NCBI GenBank assembly: GCA_965219565.1
Contig: OZ244780.1
Location: 174,287-238,286, forward strand
DNA from: Dehalococcoidia bacterium
Lineage (GTDB): Bacteria > Chloroflexota > Dehalococcoidia > Lucifugimonadales > JAGWBF01
Reading direction: 5' to 3'
DNA: 64,000 bases
Shown in pieces: positions 54,892-62,738 of this stretch; within the stretch, counting starts at the first letter, position 1; each line of letters opens with the position of its first letter. The notes under the pieces were generated by a model. The model did no database searches. It worked only from the letters and a program-made list of their open reading frames with translations, and was not told the DNA's origin. Position numbers and translations under genes: made by a program.

Positions 54892-56266
54892 CGGTCTTTC
54901 TCCAGTGATAGACGCATTTCCTCAGTTCTTTCCGCCCGAACCGCCCCATCTGCTGACTGGAGTTTCCCTTGCCCCGGTTGAGAGTCCAAATGGCCTCGCA
55001 GCGGAATCCCGATTGCTCGGCAAAGTCTGACAGAATAAGGTCAACGGGAATCTCCTGGCCGTGATAGCGGACATTATCGTTGACCATGAAGACGTTGGCG
55101 CCAGGTGTGACCAGCCGACCGAGTTCGCTGACCACCAGGGCCATTTCAGTGAAGTAGTTTTCAACAAGACTGATCACATTACGGTTGCTCAGGTTGTCGG
55201 CGTCGTGCTTGAGGATTTGCAACGCTTCCTGCAAAGCGGCTTGGTTGTCGGTCATGCCGAACGCCTTGGAGAGTCGCGGAGAATCCCCGTATTCTTGGGG
55301 TAGCGACTCCCGCTTAGACCTGTTTTCCACAGTTGCCGACAGCAGAGTCTGGCGCAGTTCCTTCAACCGGGCCGCATCGTATCCCAAGTATGCCAACTCA
55401 AGGGCATAGATGCGGGTGTAGTCGTACCGATTGGCGTAGGGAGGAGAAGTCACCACGACGTCGAAACTGGCGTCCGGCAACTTGCGGAGTTCCGTCAGAC
55501 TGGACCCGTCCACAAACTTAGGATCCGCGCCGCCGTACCTCTCCTTGAGTACCGGGATATCGTTGGCTATCTCATCTAACCGCCGACGGAGTGCTTGGGC
55601 TAGGGTAGGAAGAAACGGCTTGTGTAGCTTCGGTTTAACATCCCGCCCGGATTGCGGGTCCCAGCGCAAAAACTGTCCATCCTTGCGGGTGTAGCTGACT
55701 TCCTCCAAGACGCTGACACACGCCAAGGTTAAAAGGGTATGGAGAGATGGGTCGGTAATTCCGGCGATAAACTCTCGTGCCTTGGCCAGGTCCCTTTCGG
55801 CCCGCTCGGGGAAGGCTTGTTCGGTGATAGGGACATGACGGAAAAGCAGGGCGGCGTCGTATTGTTCTCCCGATAGAGCATTAATCAGGTCGTTCGATGC
55901 TCGAATGAATTGTTCAGATTGCAGGCCGTTGGAGGCGGCTACGATCGCTTTGGCTGATAGGTTCCCGATGGGCATAATCTCAATGCCCGTTCCTCTTATA
56001 CCTAAACTACCAGCTGTGAGGGGGGCGGTCCCGGAGCCGGAAAACGGGTCCAGGAGTGTCTTGGCGTTGGTACGAGCAAGAAGTCCTCGGACCAGTTCGG
56101 TGGAAAACCCTTCTTTGTACTTCAGCCAGCGAAGACCCGGTACTTCTTTGTTTCCCTGGTAAGAAACCAGCTTGCGGCTTAGACTACTCTCGGCAGATAT
56201 TCGGGCCGCAAAGCGGTCATACAAGCTCCGTCGGGCCATGGTAAGCCCAGGAACGGGAATTGGCAT
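54884..56266 (-). CDS. DNA methyltransferase (N4-C or N6-A; motif I before motif IV, alpha-type order)
   Basis: 460 aa with LLDPFSGSGTAPL (SAM binding) and VVTSPPYANRYDY (catalytic SPPY). Confidence 0.8.
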   Translation of the reverse strand: MPIPVPGLTMARRSLYDRFAARISAESSLSRKLVSYQGNKEVPGLRWLKYKEGFSTELVRGLLARTNAKTLLDPFSGSGTAPLTAGSLGIRGTGIEIMPIGNLSAKAIVAASNGLQSEQFIRASNDLINALSGEQYDAALLFRHVPITEQAFPERAERDLAKAREFIAGITDPSLHTLLTLACVSVLEEVSYTRKDGQFLRWDPQSGRDVKPKLHKPFLPTLAQALRRRLDEIANDIPVLKERYGGADPKFVDGSSLTELRKLPDASFDVVVTSPPYANRYDYTRIYALELAYLGYDAARLKELRQTLLSATVENRSKRESLPQEYGDSPRLSKAFGMTDNQAALQEALQILKHDADNLSNRNVISLVENYFTEMALVVSELGRLVTPGANVFMVNDNVRYHGQEIPVDLILSDFAEQSGFRCEAIWTLNRGKGNSSQQMGRFGRKELRKCVYHWRKTDG

Positions 56267-56650
56267 GGCAGTAATGTTAGCTCCCTGATCAGTCTCCGTC
56301 GCCTAGAGTATCAGACTCCGGCGGGTGTCGTCCAAATCCGAGTGTGTGATATGCGGGGATACTCACTTATGATTATGATGACCATTGGGAGTTGACAGTA
56401 GCAACGTCTTACTGCCTATGTCAACATGCCAATGGCACGGCAAGAGAAAACCCAGGATAGGTTTTCAAGTAGACAGGTATATAAGCTCCATTCCCGTCGG
56501 TTCGCGCTGAGCAAAGTTACGCCCCCAAGGTTTGGGCATGGCTTCCGAGAATTGGAACCCTTTGGCCTGTCCCGCGCCATTGGAAATCCGCGAGAACATT
56601 GTGTATTCTGGGTTTATCACCGCCTAGAGGCGGACTGCAAGAGGAAGTTG

Positions 56651-57868
56651 ATGGCAGACCCAATACCTACGCTTACAAAGACCGAGCGCAACCTATGGAA
56701 CGCTATAGTTGCCGAGGCTATCGCCCATCTTAAGTACAGCGCCTTTGCCCACCAGGCGCTGCGGGAGGGCCATCCTGAAGTGGCCCAGGTGTTCCAGGAA
56801 GTAGCTGGCGCCGAGACCATCCACGGCATCAACCACATGAGCGTGGCGGGCGAGTTGAAAAGCTCACTGGAGAACCTGAAAGGTGTGGTGGAAGGCGAGG
56901 CGAAAGAAATCAGCACTATGTATCCCAACTACATACGGGATGCGCTGGACGACGGCCGGAACGACGCAGCCGACACCTTTATGATGGCCATGGACAGGGA
57001 GCAGCACCACCTGGAGGTGTTCAACCGGGCCGTCGAGGGTTTGGAAGCCAAGCTTGCCGTTGCCGGACCTACGGAAGCTGCCACCCAGACGCCCTGGCCG
57101 GAAACCCAGCGCACCGCCTCTCCGGTTACTGAACCCCAGACGGCGTCCATCTACGACGTAGCCCGCACCGAAGTGGAGACGCGGCGGTGGGACGTAGCCT
57201 CGAAGGGGCGCATTAGGGAAGTGGTGTTCGGCGGCCAGGACGGGCTCCTGAGCACCATGCTCCTGGTCACGGCCCTCGCCGTTGGGGACATTGGCAATAC
57301 TGCGGTGCTGATCGGCGGCTTGGCGGGAGCATTGGCAGGCATGGTTTCAATGGCCACCGGAGCGTTCCTGGGGTCGAGGGCCGAGCAGGACTTGCAAAGG
57401 TCGGAGATAGAGAAGGAAGCGCAGGAGCTTCAGGAGCATCCTGCGGAAGAGCTGGCTGAGTTGGTCGTCCTCTACCAGAGGGAGGGCCTTTCTTTCAAGG
57501 AAGCTCAGGGCGTGGCGGACCACATCGCCGCGGACAAAGACCTGTGGCTCCGGACCATGATCGAGAAGGAGCTGGGTCTAAGCGCCGAGATCACCACCAA
57601 CCCGGTCAAAGACGCCCTGGTCATGGGCGTGGCTTTCATCGCCGGAGCCATAATTCCCGTCCTGCCCTACTTCTTCGATGACGGCGGAATCGCCATAACG
57701 TCTTCCGTGTCGGCCACCCTTGTCGCTCTTTTCGCCCTAGGGATGTTGAAAGGCCGCATCGTCCGTAAGTCCACACTGCTCCAAGGTCTGGAGATACTGG
57801 CTATAGGCGGAGTTGCAGTCGGAGTTGGCTGGGTCCTGGGCGAGGTTATCCCGCGCCTGGTCACGTGA
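56651..57868 (+). CDS. Rubrerythrin/ferritin-like domain fused to a VIT1/CCC1-family iron transporter
   Basis: ATG at 56651 follows GAGGAAG. N-terminal four-helix diiron-like region (EAIAHLKYSAFA...ETIHGINH...EGEAKE...EQHHLEVF), then VFGGQDGLLSTMLLV and 5 TM helices. Confidence 0.75.
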   Translation: MADPIPTLTKTERNLWNAIVAEAIAHLKYSAFAHQALREGHPEVAQVFQEVAGAETIHGINHMSVAGELKSSLENLKGVVEGEAKEISTMYPNYIRDALDDGRNDAADTFMMAMDREQHHLEVFNRAVEGLEAKLAVAGPTEAATQTPWPETQRTASPVTEPQTASIYDVARTEVETRRWDVASKGRIREVVFGGQDGLLSTMLLVTALAVGDIGNTAVLIGGLAGALAGMVSMATGAFLGSRAEQDLQRSEIEKEAQELQEHPAEELAELVVLYQREGLSFKEAQGVADHIAADKDLWLRTMIEKELGLSAEITTNPVKDALVMGVAFIAGAIIPVLPYFFDDGGIAITSSVSATLVALFALGMLKGRIVRKSTLLQGLEILAIGGVAVGVGWVLGEVIPRLVT

Positions 57869-57882
57869 ACAGGGCCTCGGGT

Positions 57883-58959
57883 CTAGGCGACGGTGACCGG
57901 AACGGCGTCGCCTCCGTCCGAGAAGCATACTAGCGTTTGGCCTGACTCCAGATATGGCTCGACGGAGTCCCCGATTTCATATCGAACCGTATGGTTCTGG
58001 AAGCTGTGTACCGTTTCGCCCGATGGCAGGGTCACCCCATAGAGATAGTGGGTCCCCTGGAACACCCGGCTGCTGACAGTCCCCCCGGAGCCGGCAGAGC
58101 GTAGCATCACGTCGTCGGGCCGGACCATCACCCGGCAGCCGTCTCCCACGGCCTCTTCCGTGGCCATTTTGCCCAGCGCCGTGTCCAGTCCTTCCCCGGC
58201 GGAAACGGCCGACAAGTAGTCCGCCATTCCCAGGAAGCTTGCCACGAAAGGGCTGCGAGGCCGGTGATAGACGTCCTCAGGAGCGCCTGACTGTCGTATG
58301 GAGCCGCCGTCTATCACCGCCACCGTGTCCCCCATGAACAGGGCTTCTTCCTGGTCGTGGGTGACGTAGACCACAGTGACGCCGCCTGATGAGAAGATTT
58401 CCTTCACGTCCTGCCTGAGGCCTTCCCGCAACTGTAAGTCCAGGTTGCTGAAAGGCTCGTCCAGCAAAAGCGCTATGGGCTGCGGGGCCAGGGAGCGGGC
58501 CACCGCCACCCTCTGCTGCTCGCCGCCTGAAAGCTGGTGGGGATACCGGTCTGACATCCCGGAGAGGCGCACTAACCCCAGCGCCTCAGTGACCCGGCGG
58601 GCCTTGTTGGAACGGTCCAGGCCGGTCAACCCGAAAGCTACGTTTTCGGCGACCGTCAAGTGGGGAAACAGGGCGTAGTCCTGGAATACCATGCCAAGCC
58701 GCCGCTCTTCCGCCGGAGTCCAAACACCGGGTCCGGCTGCCGACTTGCCGCCAAGGGTTATGGTTCCCCTGTCGGGAGTTTCGAATCCGGCGATTATGCG
58801 CAGCAGTGTGGTCTTGCCGCTGCCGCTGGGACCTACCAATGCCAGGACTTCTCCTGCACGGACGTCCAAGTCGACGCTGTCCACCACCGGGTCACTGCCG
58901 AAAGACTTGGACAGCCCTCGGCATTGGATTACCGGCGTCGCATCGTCGGAGCTAGGCAT
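57883..58959 (-). CDS. ABC transporter ATP-binding protein (Fe3+/FbpC-PotA type)
   Basis: Walker A GPSGSGKTT, signature LSGGEQQR, Walker B LLLDEP, and a C-terminal TOBE-like domain. Confidence 0.88.
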   Translation of the reverse strand: MPSSDDATPVIQCRGLSKSFGSDPVVDSVDLDVRAGEVLALVGPSGSGKTTLLRIIAGFETPDRGTITLGGKSAAGPGVWTPAEERRLGMVFQDYALFPHLTVAENVAFGLTGLDRSNKARRVTEALGLVRLSGMSDRYPHQLSGGEQQRVAVARSLAPQPIALLLDEPFSNLDLQLREGLRQDVKEIFSSGGVTVVYVTHDQEEALFMGDTVAVIDGGSIRQSGAPEDVYHRPRSPFVASFLGMADYLSAVSAGEGLDTALGKMATEEAVGDGCRVMVRPDDVMLRSAGSGGTVSSRVFQGTHYLYGVTLPSGETVHSFQNHTVRYEIGDSVEPYLESGQTLVCFSDGGDAVPVTVA

Positions 58960-59278
58960 GGGCTTTTGTCCCGTCCGGGCTGGAGGCCAGCTTCACGTCG
59001 TAGCTGTTGAACTCCCCGGGCCCCAGCAGGAAGTCCGCGCGGGATCCGGAGTGGGCCTGCTTGAATGCTTCGCTGCGGGTCCACTGGTCGTGGGCGTCCT
59101 TCGACTCCCAGTGCGTCACTATCAAGTATTCTTCACATTCGGAGTCCTTCTCCGAGCGCCACATCTCGAACCCCAGAAACCCGGGCTGGCCTTCGACCCC
59201 TCCCCTCAGGTTGAAGCGGTCTTCCAGATCATGGCCATGGCCCTTCTCGACCTGTATCTTGTTGGTGGCGACAAACAT
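58952..59278 (-). CDS. ABM-domain monooxygenase (IsdG/HmoB-like, possible heme-degrading)
   Basis: 108 aa: MFVATNKIQVEKGHGHDLEDRF...PGFLGFEMWRS...YLIVTHWESKDAHDQW. Embedded in the iron ABC operon. Confidence 0.65.
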   Translation of the reverse strand: MFVATNKIQVEKGHGHDLEDRFNLRGGVEGQPGFLGFEMWRSEKDSECEEYLIVTHWESKDAHDQWTRSEAFKQAHSGSRADFLLGPGEFNSYDVKLASSPDGTKAHA

Positions 59279-59329
59279 GGTGGGACCTCCTGCATGCTCC
59301 CTTCAGTCTAGCAGGCGGGGGCTGTCGTG

Positions 59330-60985
59330 TCAGGCCTTCGTGTGGTGTCCGCCTTCTCTTAGGACAATGAAGGCCATGGGGACTGAGGACGCCAGTACCA
59401 ACAGCAGCGCCGGGCCCGCCGCTCTAGCGAAGAAAGCCGACTCAGTGGCCGACCATATCGAAGTGGCGAGGGTCTGGAATCCTATAGGTCCCAGAATGAG
59501 CGTGGCCGGAAGCTCCTTCATGGTAATCAAGAAGACTAACGCCATTCCTGACAACACTCCGGGAAACGCCAAAGGGAGAGTGACCCTAAGAAATGTGCGC
59601 AGTCCGTTTCTTCCCAGACCACGGGATGCGTCCTCCAACCGGGGGCTGACTTGAAGAAGCGATGTCCGTACAGCCCCAACCGCCGCGGGAAGGAACAGGA
59701 CGACGTAGGCGAATATTAGGACGACAATGTGCTGGTACACGGGCTGGAGGTAGTTCGCTGTAAAGAAGACCAGGGACAGGGCCACCACGATCCCGGGGAG
59801 GGCAAATCCCACGTAGGCGAGCCGTTCCAAGAGAGCGCTGAGTCGTCCGGCATATCTGACCATCAACACCGCCAGCGGCAGAGCGGCGGCTACGGAGGCT
59901 ACGGCAGCCAGGAGCGACACGTAGATGGAGTTGAAGGTGGTTCCCCACTCCAGACCCAAAGACTCTCCCGCCTGCAGTCCTTGGGCCACCCAATACCCTA
60001 AGACGCTGAGGGGCATTCCCAAGGAAACGGCGCATATGAATGTGCAGAAGCCAAACGCGGGCCATCGCCACCGGCCAAGACGCACAGGTCTAGGGGACCG
60101 CTGGGCTCCTACTCCGGCGCGGTGATATCTGGCCCGCCCCCTCGACGCTGACTCGATGGTGAGGACGGCTAGAGCCATAACTATGAGCGCCAGGGAGCTG
60201 GCCGCGGCCAACTCTCTAGCCCCAGCCTCGTATTGCAGGTAGATGACGTAGCTGAAAGCCTCGAAGCTCAACAACGATACCGCTCCGAAGTCGCTCAGGG
60301 TGTAGAGAGCCACCAACAGGCTGCCCGAAGCAAGAGCCGGTTTGAGCTGTGGAGCAGTGACCTGGAAGAAGCGGGCCCACTTGTTCTTCCCGAACCCCTG
60401 GGCCGCCTCCTCCAACGCAGGGTCCAGTCCCCTGAGGGCGCCCCTGACCGTCAACAGCACGTATGGGTAGCTCAGCATGATAAGGGTTAGAGAAGCTCCG
60501 GCAAGCCCCGATATGTCGGGCATCCGGTCGACTCCGAAGAGAGGTCCGGCCACCGTTTCCTGGAGCATTCCTTTGGGTCCCAGAAGAGTCACGACTGCGA
60601 ACCCTCCAACGTAGGAGGGAATTACCAGGGGAAGGGCGGTGGCCACCGACCAGAACCTACTTAAGGGGAGGTCAGTCCTTACGGTAAGCCAGGCCAGTGG
60701 CAGGGCAAGCGCTGCCGACGCTGCTGTGACGATGACCGTCAGCAGGGCAGTGCTCCCGATGGTCTCCAACATGCGCAGCCGCAGCAGCAGGTCCCAAAAC
60801 TCTCCGCCCGTGCCCAAGCTGCGTATGACCAGATATGCCAGAGGCATCGAAAGAGCGGCCCCCACCGTTACGGCGGGGGCCAGTACAAATCCCGGCGTCC
60901 GGGGCCGCCCAAACCCCGGCAACCGGGCAAGGGGGGAGGTTGTAGTCGTAGGAGAATCCATAAGTGGCGTCTTTGTTCGCTCCAT
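59330..60985 (-). CDS. ABC transporter permease, duplicated (FbpB-type, about 12 TM)
   Basis: 551-aa hydrophobic ORF with two tandem permease halves, lying between the SBP and ATPase genes. Confidence 0.85.
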   Translation of the reverse strand: MERTKTPLMDSPTTTTSPLARLPGFGRPRTPGFVLAPAVTVGAALSMPLAYLVIRSLGTGGEFWDLLLRLRMLETIGSTALLTVIVTAASAALALPLAWLTVRTDLPLSRFWSVATALPLVIPSYVGGFAVVTLLGPKGMLQETVAGPLFGVDRMPDISGLAGASLTLIMLSYPYVLLTVRGALRGLDPALEEAAQGFGKNKWARFFQVTAPQLKPALASGSLLVALYTLSDFGAVSLLSFEAFSYVIYLQYEAGARELAAASSLALIVMALAVLTIESASRGRARYHRAGVGAQRSPRPVRLGRWRWPAFGFCTFICAVSLGMPLSVLGYWVAQGLQAGESLGLEWGTTFNSIYVSLLAAVASVAAALPLAVLMVRYAGRLSALLERLAYVGFALPGIVVALSLVFFTANYLQPVYQHIVVLIFAYVVLFLPAAVGAVRTSLLQVSPRLEDASRGLGRNGLRTFLRVTLPLAFPGVLSGMALVFLITMKELPATLILGPIGFQTLATSIWSATESAFFARAAGPALLLVLASSVPMAFIVLREGGHHTKA

Positions 60986-61072
60986 GCCTGATCTGGGCGC
61001 ATGCTTGAGGAGGTCCCGAGGGGAGGGCAGGGTCCCTCCTCTGCATGCGCCCGGTCGAGTGCGGTGTGTCAG

Positions 61073-62464
61073 TTATGGAATGATGCCCACGCTCCGCAGT
61101 AGGTCTTGGGTTCCCTGCACGTCGTCCAACTGGGACAGGTCTACGTTGGGAACGGCTATTTCGCTCAAGGGCGTGAGAAGCCGATGGGTCCTGACTCCCT
61201 CTATCAGCGGGTACTCGAAGGTCTGGCTGGCAAAGTACTGTTGGGCGGATAGCGACAGCATGAAGCCCAGGAATCGTTCGGCCTCCTTGGTGTTCTCGGC
61301 CGTGGACAGAATGGCGGCCCCGTTCACCAACATCATTGCTCCTATGTCGCCGTTCTTGGGATGGTAGTTTCGCGCTTGGAACTCCTCTCCATGCTCCGCG
61401 AGAAAACGGTACAGATAGTAGTGGTTTACGAACCCCACGTCCACCTCTCCGCGGGAGACGGCGTCGACTATGGGAGTGTTCTTGGGATAGACCCTGGGGT
61501 TGTTGGCATGGATTCCCTCCAGCCAGTCCCGCGCCGCGTCTTCCCCTAACGTGGTACGCATGGCTGTCACAAAGGCCTGGAACGAGCCGTTGGTGGGCGG
61601 CCATCCTATGCGTCCATTCCATTCGGGGTCGGTGAAGTCAAGGATGGAGTCGGGCAGCTCGTCGGCGCTGATGACATCAGGGTTGTACACCACCACGCGG
61701 GCCCGTCCTGATATGCCAACCCACTTGTCCTCACGTGATCGGAACTCCGCGTCCACCCGGTCCAATATCCCGCTTGGCAACGCAGTGAACAGATCGGACA
61801 TGCTCCCCAGCAGACCCGGGTCCGTGGCGAAGAAGACGTCGGCGGGACTGTTTGATCCCTCTTCCTGTATGGTTGCGGCTAACCCCGAGTTGGAGCCATA
61901 TTTCACTCCGACCTCGATGCCGGTCGCGTCCTCGAACTGCTGGATGATGGGGCCTACGAGAGTTTCCTCCCGCGCCGAGTAGATGGTCAACGACCCCCCC
62001 GTCGCCTCTGCCACGGCCCTTTGCACTCCTTCATCGACAGCGGTCCGAATCGCCTGTTCCATCTGTTTCGTCGTCACACCCTCGGGTATGTCGATGCCGG
62101 AAATGGCCGTGTTTATCAGACCTTTGACTTCATCGGCGGTCAGTCCTTCGGGGAAGTCGATGTCAGAGACGGCGGTGTTTATCATCTCTCGGATATCATC
62201 CGGTGTGAGACCTTCAGGGATTTCCAGGTCTCCCATTGCTTGCTCTATTACGCCTTGCAGGGAGGCTGTCAGTGCATCGAAGTCGACCGGGGTTGACGTT
62301 GGCTGGGGAGTGGGTGTGGGAGCCGGAGTCGCCGCTTGGCCGCAGGAGACGACAAACAGCGTAAGAAGAAGAATCGGAGCGACTAAGAGCTCGGCAATCC
62401 CTGTCCAAGTGCGCTCATGTCTGTTTTTAATGTCTCCCTTTAGCGTTGGCCTAGGTGATGACAT
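61073..62464 (-). CDS. Fe3+-type ABC substrate-binding lipoprotein with an N-terminal 3 x ~21-aa repeat extension
   Basis: Lipobox LFVVSCG and a Pro/Thr linker. Repeats (E/D)(I/F)PEG(L/V)T...IN/RTAV, then an FbpA/AfuA-like core (LTIYSAREETLVGPIIQQFEDATGIEV...FFATDPG). Confidence 0.8.
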   Translation of the reverse strand: MSSPRPTLKGDIKNRHERTWTGIAELLVAPILLLTLFVVSCGQAATPAPTPTPQPTSTPVDFDALTASLQGVIEQAMGDLEIPEGLTPDDIREMINTAVSDIDFPEGLTADEVKGLINTAISGIDIPEGVTTKQMEQAIRTAVDEGVQRAVAEATGGSLTIYSAREETLVGPIIQQFEDATGIEVGVKYGSNSGLAATIQEEGSNSPADVFFATDPGLLGSMSDLFTALPSGILDRVDAEFRSREDKWVGISGRARVVVYNPDVISADELPDSILDFTDPEWNGRIGWPPTNGSFQAFVTAMRTTLGEDAARDWLEGIHANNPRVYPKNTPIVDAVSRGEVDVGFVNHYYLYRFLAEHGEEFQARNYHPKNGDIGAMMLVNGAAILSTAENTKEAERFLGFMLSLSAQQYFASQTFEYPLIEGVRTHRLLTPLSEIAVPNVDLSQLDDVQGTQDLLRSVGIIP

Positions 62465-62499
62465 AATATGCTCCTTGCCATGCCCTGATGTTTTGAAGA

Positions 62500-62528
62500 T
62501 ATATACACTAATAATTTTAGTATGTCAA
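62500..62528 (-). promoter_or_regulatory. Sigma70-like promoter of the iron ABC operon (TTGACA-17-TATATA)
   Basis: Minus strand: TTGACA tactaaaattattagtg TATATA, followed by a ~28-nt leader with AAGGAG 7 nt before the ATG at 62464. Confidence 0.6.
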
Positions 62529-62536
62529 TACTATAA
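62515..62536. promoter_or_regulatory. 22-bp palindromic operator-like site centred on the -35 box
   Basis: TTTTAGTAT-GTCA-ATACTATAA (9-bp arms, one mismatch), lying in an AT-rich divergent intergenic region. Confidence 0.5.
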
Positions 62537-62738
62537 TACCTAAATAGTGTGGCCAATTCGCAGCCGATATCTTAGTTGTTACCCTATTGCACGTACGTAG
62601 GGACCCGGTCACAGAGCGGCGCCGTGCGTTGACAATCTGTCTCAGGGCAACGTAGACTCGCCTTGAATCAGTCCGCCAGGAGCAAGAAACCGTACCCGAA
62701 CTTATCTGCCATACGTGGTTAAAGTGAGGGTTAGCCAT

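Noticed and set aside
56580-56609. Promoter TTGGAA-18-TATTCT upstream of the rubrerythrin-VIT1 gene.
   Set aside because: The spacer is 18 nt and both hexamers are mediocre. It is plausible but not strong enough to list as a feature.
56426-56650. 75-aa N-terminal extension of the rubrerythrin-VIT1 ORF.
   Set aside because: The extension lies in AT-richer intergenic-looking DNA. The ATG at 56651 has a GAGGAAG SD, and the ferritin-like domain starts there.
58775-58790. tRNA T-arm-like GGGAGTTTCGAATCCGG.
   Set aside because: It lies inside the ABC ATPase coding sequence, and no acceptor or anticodon arms can be folded around it. I saw no tRNA-like cloverleaf in any intergenic region.
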